DNA from: Chrysemys picta bellii
Lineage: Eukaryota
Direction: 5' to 3'
Assembly (NCBI RefSeq): GCF_011386835.1
Contig: NC_088800.1
Span: forward strand, 868,001 to 932,000
DNA: 64,000 nt
The position numbers were made by a program, and so were the translations under genes. Positions 47,701 to 57,884 of the stretch are shown here, piece by piece. Under the pieces are notes generated by a model. That model made no database searches. It saw only the letters and a program-made list of their open reading frames with translations, and was not told the DNA's origin. How positions within the stretch are numbered: the stretch's first letter is position 1; each line of letters starts with the position of its first letter.

Positions 47701-48120
47701 GGGCTGCTCCGCCCCGCCCCCTCCGTCTCCCAAGGGTGGGACCTGCCCAAGGCTCCGTCCCTGTTCGGCCCGGCGGCTGGGCCCCGCCCCGGTTACCAGG
47801 CCGCCCTGCCCCGCATCCGGGCGGGGCAAGGGCCCCCTGGGGCAACAGCGGCAGCCGCGCCTCCTCCGGCTCCCGCAGGCCCTGACGCTGTCTCCATGGC
47901 GACGAGACACCACCCCCATTGGGAAACCAAGCGCTGGGGGCGGGGTCAGAACACAGCCCGCCCCCGCCACGCGACGCCATAGAGACGGAGCCGCCGGCTA
48001 GAGCAGCCCAGAGGGCGTCGCCGGACCGAAGAAGCGTGCCAGCGGATGGTCACGTGATCGGTCGGCTGTCCTGGCTCCGATAGGCTCCCGGGGAGTGTGA
48101 ACTGGCCTTTGATTGGCTGA
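47700..48120 (-). promoter_or_regulatory. TTLL13 CpG-island promoter with RFX X-boxes, E-box and CCAAT; probable non-coding exon 1
   Basis: GTCTCCATGGCGAC at 47890-47903, GACGCCATAGAGAC at 47973-47986, GTCACGTGAT at 48049-48058, ATTGG at 48112-48116. A minus-strand donor TG|GTAACC lies at 47797/47796. Confidence 0.6.
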
Positions 48121-48164
48121 GGTCAGGGCGGAAATAATAACTCCCAGCATGCCTTGCAGCAAGG

Positions 48165-48870
48165 CATGGGCTGGTTTCACAATGGAGACAGGTGACTAGT
48201 GGGGTGCCCCCAAGGTCTGTCCTGGGCCCGGTGCTGTTCAGCCTATGCATCAATAACCTGGGGAAGGGGGCAAACAGGGAGGTGACAGCGTTTGCAGATG
48301 CTACAAAATCACTCAGGCTAGTAAAGCCCCATGCAGAGGGTCTCACAAAACTGGGTGAGTAGCAAGAAAATGGCAGAGGAAATTCAGTGTCGATAAATGC
48401 AAAGTAATGTACGTTGGAAAACATCATCCCAACGAGACAGATAAAATGATGGAGTCTCAATGAGCTGTCACCACTCTGTAACGAGAGGCCTGGATTTGAC
48501 ATAATTTACAGCTTTCTTGTGTATGGACTTAGCACAATAACTCAAGAGAGAGATCTTGGAGTCATTGTGGATAGTACCCTGACAACATCCACTCAATGTG
48601 CAGCGGCCGTCAAAAAAGCGAACAGAATGTTGGGAATCGTTAGGAAAGGAATCTATCTATCTAAATCCATGGTATGCCCACACTTTGAATAGTGTGTGCA
48701 GTTCCGGTCACCCCATCTCAAAAAAAAGATACATTGGAATTGGAAAAGGTTCAGAGAAGGGCAACAAAAATGATTAGGGGGATGGAACAGCTTCTGTATG
48801 AGGAGAGATTGAAAAGACTGGGACTATTTGCCTTCTAAAAGAGACGGCTAATGGGGCATATGACAGACTT
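48165..48870 (+). mobile_element. Degenerate CR1 LINE ORF2 (reverse transcriptase) fragment
   Basis: AGTGGGGTGCCCC...TCTGTCCTGGGCCCGGTGCTGTTC (SGVPQGSVLGPVLF-like), TTTGCAGATGCTACAAAA (FADDTK-like) and GAGAGAGATCTTGGAGTCATTGTGGATAG; frameshifted. Confidence 0.85.
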
Positions 48871-48924
48871 CCACCACCCCCTGCAACACACCTGCAGCCT
48901 CTTGGAGCCTCGGCCCCTGCCAAC

Positions 48925-49260
48925 ACCTCCAACATGCCACCAGCCACTGGCAGCCCTGACCCCCACAACGCCCCCCCCCCCCCGCAAAATGTCCCCAGTT
49001 GCCCATCCTGCTGGGAGCCCCGACCCCACCACCGCCCCCCGACCACCACCCATCACTGGGAGCCCCGACCCCACCACTGCCCTTCACTGGGAGCCCTGAC
49101 CGCCGCCCCTCATTGGAAGCCCCGACCCCACCAGTGCCCCCCGACCACCACCCCTAACTGGGAGCTCTGACCCCACCACCGACCACCGCCCCTCACTGGG
49201 AGCCCCAGCCCCGCCACCGCCCTCCGACCACCACCCCTCACTGGGAGCCCCGAACCCACC
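48925..49260. repeat. Loose C-rich tandem repeat (about 35-40 bp)
   Basis: Recurring CACTGGGAGCCCCGACCCCACCACCGCCC. Confidence 0.75.
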
Positions 49261-49264
49261 AACG

Positions 49265-49690
49265 CCACTACAAAACTAAGTTGACTGAAGTTGCATCAAC
49301 ATACAGTAATTAAATCGGTTTGGCATGTCCACACTGGCTCCTTTTGTTGGTGTGCGCGTCCTCACCAGGAGCGCTTACACCAATTTAAATGTCAGTGGGG
49401 CACTGATAGCCTGAGCCCCACCACCCGGGGACCAACAGCCTGAGCCCTGCCACCCGGGACTGACAGCCAGAACAGTCTGATGTAAGCAGTGCAGTGTCTA
49501 CACGGACACTGCATCAACCTAACTGCATTGGCTGAAGCGCTACATCTCATGGAGGTGGAGTTATTAGGTTGGTGTACTTGGCAACTCACGTGGGTGGGAG
49601 AACGGCTGTAGTGTGTAGACTCTGACAGAGCTAGGGTGGCCGTAAGCTGCCTTACTACAACCTAACTCTGCAGTATAGACCAGGCCTTAG
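49265..49690. mobile_element. Degenerate Harbinger-like non-autonomous element fragment
   Basis: Contains GTCCACACT, GTGTCTACAC and GTGTAGAC subterminal motifs and a TATAGACCAGGCC end, like the element at 54150. Confidence 0.5.
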
Positions 49691-50197
49691 CTTCCAAGTG
49701 AAAGGCTGATTCTACCAGCTGCTTGCCCCACACTTTCCCTGGGGCCCTGAGTGCTAGCATGGATTCCCGTGAACTCACTTCTGTCATAAAGATTCTGCAG
49801 TCAGATTAGCTGCCAGTTCTGCGGATGATGTACAAGCCAGAGTAGCCTCCTGTATCCAAACTGGGGGTCTCTGCAAGGTTAGGGTAGACTCAAGCCCCAT
49901 CCCTCTGAGCTGGGGGGCCCTGCAGGGTTAGGGTAGATTTCAGCCCCATCTCTCTGAGCTGGGGGGCCCTGCAGGGCTACCTATCTATGGTGTTTTCAGG
50001 GTGCCTGTCATGGTGGCATCTAAGCACTTGAATAAAGTGATAAGCTATGACTGGTACATGCTGGGAGCTGCTCTGTGGAATAGAAAGAGGTCACTGGGAC
50101 GCAGGCACATTCTGATCAAACTGGCCCTTTACCATGTGCTATTGGAAAGAGAGGGGACAGGAAGCTGCGTGATGCTGCGGTATTTCCAAGGGTGGGG

Positions 50198-50203
50198 TTT
50201 ATT
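50198..50203 (-). terminator. Candidate polyadenylation signal AATAAA for GDPGP1
   Basis: TTTATT on the plus strand, about 410 nt past the stop. Confidence 0.55.
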
Positions 50204-50613
50204 GGCTGATTCACCAGAAACAAGCCAACAGTTCAATCATTAACTAGATCAGGAACTTGGGGGGGTCACACCCCCGCTTTATCTCCCACTCCCAGCACAC
50301 CGCAGAGCCCCACTTAAACTCACATGGGGCAAGTGAGATTAAGGATAAAGCCCACCATGGAGATCTTCCTTCGTTTGTTGCCAATGATGCTACAACAGGT
50401 CAGTCAGTGTCCCAGAGGGTCCAGTCTGCAGTGTCCACGGGGACAGTGGTTCAAACAGCAAGGTTGCCTCCATGCTGGATCCTGGAGGCAAATCCAGTCA
50501 CGCCCTGCTCCCCGACTGCCCCAATGAACGATTCTACAGCAGTTACAAAATACGCAAGAGTGAGACTTGACCCCAGAAAGTGCGACGCCGTGTGCAATGC
50601 AGAGCCCGTGTGG

Positions 50614-51822
50614 TTACTCTGTGAGAAGTGTCACCAGCTGGCGTTGGAGCTGTGACAGCTGCGGCTCAGGGAGGAGGTATCTCTGGATGATGTGAATGGC
50701 TTCTGTCTCCGTAATGCTCTGGAAGTCCTCGGCAGTTTTGATGGGCAAGTGCCCAGCCAGCTCACAAAGTGCCACATTAAATGCAACTTCCCCTTTGGCC
50801 CCAAAGCAGGACCTCCTGGCCCAGAGGAGCACCCGGATTCCAGAGCGGGTCTCCGAGTGGGATGGCTCCCCAGGAGCAGTTCCCCGGGTCACAAACACGT
50901 TGTGTGCAATCTCTTTATCCACCAGGTAGTCAGTGACTTGGCAGACATTGTGCGCTAGGGCCCCCAGGTCCTCCCCTTCACTGTAGAACAGGAACCCTGG
51001 GGCTGGGACCCCCCGCAGGAAGTGGAAGTTGAGTGTGGGGCACAGGGGTTCGCCTGGGGCAGTCTCAGTCAGGAGCTCCCAATCCAGGTAAAACCCATGT
51101 AGGTGCAAGTGGTTGACCGAGGCGAAGCCTCCCAGGCTGTTAAACCCAACGCGGAAGCCTGGGTGGGCACTGAGAAGAACCGACTCCAGCCCGAACTGGA
51201 GCAGCTCCTGGGTGAGAATCTGAGGCAGGCAGAGAGTGGGGTCTGGAATAAAGAGCACATGTCCAAACTCCAAGGGGCTGACATTAATCACCACTAGGAT
51301 GCGGTCAGGTATCCCTGGGAGTTTCGACTCCGGCAGGCCCCCTTGGAACTGAGAGCACCCCCTGCTGGGAGGGTGGGGACTTGGGTCCCTGACCATATGG
51401 AAGAGGATTTCCCCTGGTTTGATCTTATTGAAGTGGAATTGCTGGGGGTTGAATTTCTGCCTGACACTCTGGATGTCCTGTGGTTTCCTTCTCTCCAGAC
51501 CTCTCTGGATGTTCAGCTGGGCCACAAACCGGACATTCCCTGGCAAGATACGGGTCTGCAGCTCCCCCAGGTGATACCTGAACAAACCCAGCTTCATCCT
51601 CTCCTCCCAACCGGACTGCAAAGCTCTGTCAAAGCGAGACATGGTGCGGCTTGCTGGCCCCTCTGACCTGCTTCTCCACCACCCAACCCCACACAGAACA
51701 AAATCCTCTTCCCCATAAACAAAGTCCTCCGAGCAGGACACAGCACGGCACTCTGGCTGCTCCTGGGATGGCAACCCCAATGTTTCATGGAGGGCTTGGC
51801 TGGCACCCAGGGACACTGCCAT
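50614..51822 (-). CDS. GDPGP1: GDP-D-glucose phosphorylase 1 (HIT-family, VTC2-like), single coding exon, 402 aa
   Basis: The ORF contains [44 protein letters not shown] (HIT HxHxH) and [13 protein letters not shown]. The likely ATG is at 51822 (MAVSLG). An acceptor (TTGTCTGTTTCAG) ends at 51881, so the upstream part of the track ORF 50614-52071 is intron/UTR. Confidence 0.95.
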   Translation of the reverse strand: MAVSLGASQALHETLGLPSQEQPECRAVSCSEDFVYGEEDFVLCGVGWWRSRSEGPASRTMSRFDRALQSGWEERMKLGLFRYHLGELQTRILPGNVRFVAQLNIQRGLERRKPQDIQSVRQKFNPQQFHFNKIKPGEILFHMVRDPSPHPPSRGCSQFQGGLPESKLPGIPDRILVVINVSPLEFGHVLFIPDPTLCLPQILTQELLQFGLESVLLSAHPGFRVGFNSLGGFASVNHLHLHGFYLDWELLTETAPGEPLCPTLNFHFLRGVPAPGFLFYSEGEDLGALAHNVCQVTDYLVDKEIAHNVFVTRGTAPGEPSHSETRSGIRVLLWARRSCFGAKGEVAFNVALCELAGHLPIKTAEDFQSITETEAIHIIQRYLLPEPQLSQLQRQLVTLLTE

Positions 51823-52381
51823 GTTAGATGAGCAGCAGCACCGGCTCAGGGCTCCCCTGCAGGCAGCATCTCCAGCCGATCTGAAACAGACAATGGAATA
51901 AGCAGGGGCTGTTATGGGGACATGGATAAAGCAAAGAGAAACAGCCCGTCTGTACAAAACGCCAAGGACTCCACTGACCGTGTGACTGCCGCAGAGCGGG
52001 GGAGTGCTGACAGTGCAGGTCTGGGACTCAGGCCGCTGGGTCCTAGTCCCCCATTGAGTGCGCTTCGGCAAGTCCCTTCCCCACCCATCACCTGGGGAGA
52101 ATGCTGACCTCCCAGGGGCTGAGAGGGTTAGTTAGTGTTAGAAGGTGTGTGAGATCCTCTGGTGGAAGGCCAAAGTATTGCCAATGATTGTATCATTGCT
52201 ACAGCGGGTACTAGGAAAGCGGAAAAACTCCAGCAGTGCAGGTCTCTGAGAGCAGAGCGCCACGGGCCTCTGTGCTCTTGGCAGTGGCACTGACCCCCCG
52301 TCCCATCGAATACAGCCTAGCACAAGAGCTCTGTCCTGCTGTCACAGCACTGCCTGGGATCATTCTAGCTACCCCAGAGAT

Positions 52382-52577
52382 GGAGGGAGAGCTCAGTGGT
52401 TTGAGCATTAGCCTGCTAAACCCAGGGTTGTGAGTTCAGACCTTGAGGGGGCCACGTAGGGATCTGGGGCAAGAATCAGTACTTGGTCCTGCTAGTGAAG
52501 GCAGGGGGCTGGACTCAATGACCTTTTGGGGTCCCTTCCAGTTCTAGGAGATAGGTGTATCTCCATATTAAAAAAAA
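52382..52577 (+). mobile_element. Turtle tRNA-derived SINE (second subfamily), full length
   Basis: A box AGCTCAGTGG, B box GTGAGTTCAGACC, body AATCAGTACTTGGTCCTGCTAGTGAAGG, and an A-tail at about 52569-52577. Confidence 0.88.
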
Positions 52578-53305
52578 GAGATCACCCCTCCCTGCATGAT
52601 TTCCCAAGACAGCTACATAGCACAGGGCCAAGGAAACAACTGGAAGGTTTGCGAGTGCAGGAGACAGAATCTTCATCAGAGATGGAGCTGGACAATGGAA
52701 CTCACTGCCCCATGAGAGAAGAGGCTGTGGGCCTTACTGCACTCAGAACTAAACGCAAAACCTATTCCTTATCTTGCAGCCTGGCCCACTGTCTGGCTTC
52801 CTGCACTCCCCACACATGGACCCAGACAACAACCCTGTAGGCTGATCACCATGCTTCTCCTAAGGCCTGGGACATAACCCTGGAGACAATAAGGGGCTCA
52901 CACACTGCAGGACAGGGGCTGCGAGACCCACGCAGAGAGAGACCATGCCCATGGTCGTGCAGGGGCCAGGGCAGTAGACTAGTGTAGGAGAGCCTGTCCC
53001 CAGTGATCCAGGAGCCCCGTGTATCGACTCAGGAAGTGCAGGCGATGTACAGGTCTGCGGGGTGTTCCCATGATCACACACGTGCTAACAGTTACAGACA
53101 GTCCCTCACTCAGACCCTGCCCACCAGCACCTCTCCCCCATGCCCAGCGCTCTGAACAAAGCCCCAGGCTGAACCTCACCGCCGGGCGGGTCTCCCGTCC
53201 CACCGCTTCGCCAGCAGCGGCTCAGGGTCCTCCTGTAGCCCCAGCTCCGGCCGCAGCCCGGTGTAGGGAAGGATGCGGCTCTGCTAGACATGGGCTACTG
53301 ACGGG

Positions 53306-54000
53306 ACTGAGCATGCTCGGTACATCTGCTGAAGCCACTGCCCTTCCCCCTGCCCTTACACCCGCAGGGTCCTGCTGGGGTTCAAAGGGGGCGAATCGGA
53401 GGAGGAGGGGGGCAGGGTCTGAGCGGGGGCGGGGGGCAGTTGACTGGTCTGGGGGGTCAAGCGGCTGGAGGCAGCAGTAGGAGGGGGGGCAAAGGGAAGA
53501 TCAGGGCTGGGGGGGAGGTGGAGTTAAGCCAGGAGGGAGGCGCTGGCAGAGGGTGACCAAGGGCAAAACCCGGCCCAGGCAGGGCAGGGGGGGGGGCAGC
53601 AGTTACCCCAGTGGCACTGAGACACCACTGCCTGGCAAAATAGCTTGGGGGGGGGGGGCGAGAGGCTTTTTTATTTGAGCAAAGTGGCTTTTTTGTAGCG
53701 TCCCACGAACTGAGCATGCTCAGTAACATCTGCTGAAGCCACTGCCCTTCCCCCTGCCCTTGGTAGCGGTAAGAGTCTGGGGACTGCTATTGGCACGGGT
53801 TACAAAGGGATAAGGGGGCGAATCGGAGCAGGGAGTGCCCAGGGTCGGAGCAGGGGGCGGAAATTGACTGGCCAGGCCTGGGGGGAGGAGCAGGAGTTAA
53901 GCCCAGGAGGGAGGCGCTGGCAGAGGGTGACAGAGGGCAAAACCCAGCACAGGGGGTAGCAGTTACCCCAGTGTGACGGAGGGACCCGTGATGGCAAAAA
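53306..54000. repeat. Diverged direct duplication, two copies of about 300-340 bp, period about 370-400 bp
   Basis: ACTGAGCATGCTC(G/A)GT...GAAGCCACTGCCCTTCCCCCTGCCCTT at 53306 and 53709; GAGTTAAGCC..GGAGGGAGGCGCTGGCAGAGGGTGAC at 53521 and 53894. Confidence 0.8.
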
Positions 54001-54149
54001 TGGTGGTGGGCAGAGCAGAGGGGCTTTTGTATTTCCCCTCTCACAGACAGCACCTCTCAGCATCGGAGTCCCAGGGCTGGGTTCTTAAAGGCACGGGCAT
54101 GCCAATGCCTAGTCAATGCATCTCCTCTTTGTCTGATCTAACCTCCTGA

Positions 54150-54368
54150 GGCTATATCTACACTACACATTTCAAAGGGCTGTCCCGGTTCCAGTGCTCC
54201 TGGTAATCCTCCTCGATGAGGGGATTAGCTCCGAGCACTGGGACCCGAGCCTGTCCACACTAGCGCTTTCAAGCGCTCAAACTTGCTGCGCTCGGGGTAT
54301 GTGTGTGATTTCTCACACCTCTGAGCCAGCGAGTTAGAGCACTTTAACTTGCCAGTGTAGATAATCCC
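54150..54368. mobile_element. PIF/Harbinger-like MITE, 219 bp
   Basis: TIRs GGCTATATCTACACT / AGTGTAGATAATCCC; 3-bp TSD TGA (54147-54149, 54369-54371). Confidence 0.75.
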
Positions 54369-54499
54369 TGAGACTTAATTCAGTGAAACATTTTACACAT
54401 ATCCCCTCGGAAACAAAGACTCCCTTATCACTGTATCTGAATGCACAGAGTCGCCGAGCACTTTCCCAAGTTGTCTTATCTGCTGCTGGGACACATTCC

Positions 54500-55060
54500 T
54501 ACGAGGAGCAGTATCCTTCACTACACCGGCCCAGAGCCGCCACCCGCACAATGAAACTCATTTCCTGCTGCTCGGGCCCCGCAGCGCCGCCGACCGCCTG
54601 GGCTCTCCGGGCAGCGCCCACGCTCCCTCCCAGGCCAGGCTGCGGCGGGGCAGACACAGCCCGCACTTACCGGCCGGCCGCCTGTGGGAGCCGCTGGTGT
54701 CTCCCCGCCGGCCGGGCCCGGGTTTGTCTGCAAATCCCTCGGGACAGCGGCGGAGCAGCGCGGCGATCCCGCAGCCCGGCCCCGGGGGACAGCGGCGGAG
54801 CGGCTCCAGGAGGACGGGTGAGGTGTCTCCGCTGCCTCGCCGGGTTCCAAGGTTGGGGCCGGAGGAGGAGACGCTGGAGTTGGTTTCCGCAGCAGCAGGA
54901 TTTGCTGGTGGAGTGACTCACCGTGCACCTGCAGGCCACACCCCGCTGCTGCCCCTGGGCTCGGCGTCCCATGGAGGCGAGAGAAGGCCGGGCCTGCCTG
55001 AGCAGCAGGGAGCTGGAGCGGGATGGCTCCTGGCCGCCCGACCACGAGGGTGCAGAAAGG
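54500..55060 (-). promoter_or_regulatory. GDPGP1 CpG island with candidate 5'UTR exon donors
   Basis: CpG-dense island with consensus minus-strand donors CCG|GTAAGT (exon end 54671) and ACG|GTGAGT (exon end 54922), upstream of the GDPGP1 acceptor at 51881. Confidence 0.6.
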
Positions 55061-55184
55061 CTGGGGTAGAAGTTGTGTTTAACCCCAGCGGTTTGCCTTA
55101 GGGCGCTGGTTTAGCTCCAGCATCTCCCTCCACCCTCCATGGCAGTGCCAGGCTCACCAACAACACCGCCACAGTGGTCCCGGC

Positions 55185-55945
55185 AGTACCCAGCACCCAA
55201 AGAACAGCGCCCGGCAGTACCCGGAGAACAGCGCCGGCAGCACCCAGAGAACAGCGCCCGGCAGCACCCAGAGAACAGCGCCCGGCAGCACCCAGAGAAC
55301 AGCACCCAGCACCCGGAGAACAGCGCCGGCAGCACCGAGAGAACAGCACCCAGCAGCACCCAGAGAACAGCACCCAGAGAACAGCGCCTGGCACCCAGAG
55401 AACAGCACCCAGCACCCGGAGAACAGCGCCCGGCAGCACCCAGAGAACAGCACCCAGCACCCAGAGAACAGCGCCCGACAGCACCCAAAGAACAGCGCCC
55501 GGCAGTACCCGGAGAACAGCGCAGGCAGCACCCATAGAACAGCGCCCGACAGCACCCAGAGAACAGCGCCCGACAGCACCCAAAGAACAGCGCCCGGCAG
55601 CACCCAGAGAACAGCGCCTGGCAGCACCCAGAGAACAGCACCCAGCACCCGGAGAACAGTGCCCGGGCAGCACCCAGCACCTGGGCAGCACCCAGCACCC
55701 GGAGAACAGCGCCCGACAGCACCCAAAGAACAGCGTCCGGCAGCACCCGGAGAACAGCGCCCGGCAGCACCCGGAGAACAGCATCCAGCAGCACCCAGCA
55801 CCTGGAGAACAGTGCCCGGCAGCAGCCAGCACCCGGAGAACAGTGCCCGGCAGCACCCAGAGAACAGCGTCTGGCAGCCCCCAGCACCCAGAGAACAGTG
55901 GCCGGCAGCACCCAGAGAACAGCGGCCGGCAGCACCCAGCACCCA
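55185..55945. repeat. 24-bp minisatellite upstream of the GDPGP1 CpG island
   Basis: Unit GCAGCACCC(A/G)GAGAACAGCGCCCG with CAGCACC sub-repeats. Confidence 0.93.
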
Positions 55946-56295
55946 GAGAACCGCCCCGGCGCTGGAGGTCCCGGGCAGTGCTCAGCACACGGCACGCTCT
56001 GTGCTGGTATTATTTGTACTCTGACAGTGCTCACAACATGGCGGGTACCGGGTGTCCCAGCTCACCCTGCCCCTCGCACATGGTGTCGGGCTCCCGGGAG
56101 CAGAGCGATTGGCTGCAGCACCGAGAACAAGCCTGCGTTGGGAAGGGACCTAGAGGGCTTTGCCAACTTCACAGATGGCAGCGCGGGGTCACGTCACACA
56201 CCACGGACAGCTGATGGGGCGGCGGGCAGCAGTGTTCAGTGGGAACGGGAACAGCTCCCAACATGCCCTGCTCGGGAGGGGGGACACAGACCCCA

Positions 56296-56667
56296 GCATG
56301 ACTTAGGAGGAGAGGCTGAGGGAACTGGGATTGTTTAGTCTGCAGAAGAGAAGAATGAGGGGGGATTTGATAGCTGCTTTCAACTACCTGAGTGGGGTTG
56401 CAAAGAGGATGGATCTAGACTGTTCTCAGTGGTGGCAGATGACAGAACAAGGAGCAATGGTCTCAAGTTGCAGTGGGGGAGGTCTAGGTTGGATATTAGG
56501 AAACACTATTTCACTAGGAGGGTGGTGAAGCACTGGAATGCATTACCTAGGGAGGTGGTGGAATCTCCTTCCTTAGAGGTTTTTAAGGCCCGGCTTGACA
56601 AAGCCCTGGCTGGGATGATTTAGTTGGGGATTGGTCTTGCTTTGAGCAGGGGGTTGGACTAAAATGA
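56296..56667 (+). mobile_element. Young CR1 LINE 3' fragment
   Basis: Encodes [20 protein letters not shown] and [57 protein letters not shown], followed by the 3'UTR shared with the SINE tail. Confidence 0.93.
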
Positions 56668-56687
56668 TGCTATGCCCCACTCTGAGG

Positions 56688-56908
56688 CAGGGCCGGCTCC
56701 AGGCACCAGCGTAGCAAGCCAGTGCCTGGGATGGCCAATGAAGAGGGGGGCGGCACGTCCGGCCATTTGGCGGCAATTTGGCGGCGGGGCCGTCACTCCC
56801 TCTCGGAGCGAAGGACTTGCTGCCATAGAATGAAGCGGCGCTAGAGCTGCCGCCGATCGCAATCGCCCCCCCGCGCTTGGGGCGGCAAAAACGGTAGAGC
56901 CGGCCCTG
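56688..56908. mobile_element. hAT MITE, 221 bp
   Basis: Perfect TIRs CAGGGCCGGCTC / GAGCCGGCCCTG; TSD CTCTGAGG / CTCCGAGG (7/8). Confidence 0.9.
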
Positions 56909-56920
56909 CTCCGAGGGGAG

Positions 56921-57775
56921 GGGGACACAGCTCCCAGCATGCCCCGCTCCGGGCACTGGGGGACGGGGGGCACAGCTCCCAGCATGCCCCGCTCCGGGCA
57001 CTGGGGGACGGGGGGCACAGCTCCCAGCATGCCCCGCTCCGGGCACTGGGGGACGGGGGGCACAGCTCCCAGCATGCCCCGCTCCGGGCACTGGGGGACG
57101 GGGGACACAGCTCCCAGCATGCCCCACTCTGGGCACTGGGGGAGTTGGGGGGCACAGCTCCCAGCATGCCCCGCTCTGGGCACTGGGGGACGGGGGACAC
57201 AGCTCCCAGCATGCCCCACTCTGGGCACTGGGGGAGTTGGGGGGCACAGCTCCCAGCATGCCCCGCTCCGGGCACTGGGGGGGTTGGGGGGCACAGCTCC
57301 CAGCATGCCCCGCTCCGGGCACTGTGGGTTGGGGGGCACAGCTCCCAGCATGCCCCGCTCCGGGCACTGGGGGGGTTGGGGGGCACAGCTCCCAGCATGC
57401 CCCGCTCCGGGCACTGTGGGTTGGGGGGCACAGCTCCCAGCATGCCCCGCTCTGGGCACTGGGGGGGTTGGGGGGCACAGCTCCCAGCATGCCCCGCTCC
57501 GGGCACTGTGGGTTGGGGGGCACAGCTCCCAGCATGCCCCGCTCCGGGCACTGTGGGTTGGGGGGCACAGCTCCCAGCATGCCCCGCTCCGGGCACTGGG
57601 GGGGGGGGTGGGGGGCACAGCTCCCAGCGTGCCCCGCTCCGGGCACTGGGGGGGTTGGGGGGCACAGCTCCCAGCGTGCCCCGCTCCGGGCACTGGGGGG
57701 CGGGGGGGGCACAGCTCCCAGCATGCCCCGCTCCGGGCAGTGGGGGGGCACAGCTCCCAGCATGCCCCGCTCCGT
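56921..57775. repeat. About 45-bp minisatellite, about 19 copies, directly upstream of the CIB1 promoter
   Basis: Unit CACAGCTCCCAGCATGCCCCGCTCCGGGCACTGGGGGACGGGGGG; unit starts at 56926, 56971, 57016. Confidence 0.95.
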
Positions 57776-57884
57776 GGCCCTTTAAGCCGTGGGCGTTGCC
57801 ATGGAGCGGTTTCCTGGAGACGGTGACGGGACGTCCCGGGCGGACGGAAAGTGACGGAGTTGCGGAAGTTGGGTCCGGGCCGCC
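57776..57884 (+). promoter_or_regulatory. CIB1 proximal promoter: tandem X-box-like motifs and an ETS site
   Basis: GTTGCCATGGAGC at 57795-57807, GTTTCCTGGAGAC at 57809-57821, CGGAAGT at 57863-57869; Kozak GCCGCCATGG at the start codon. Confidence 0.6.

Noticed and set aside
46598-48001. Collagen-like / Pro-rich ORFs of 319-467 aa
   Set aside because: These are the 44-bp minisatellite and promoter CpG island; there is no true Gly-X-Y periodicity.
51823-52071. N-terminal extension of the GDPGP1 ORF in the track (485 aa)
   Set aside because: It starts at a non-ATG codon and crosses a clear splice acceptor at 51881; homology begins after the ATG at 51822.
55098-56214. ORFs of 260-346 aa on both strands
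   Set aside because: The 24-bp unit is a multiple of three and stop-free, so several frames stay open by construction.
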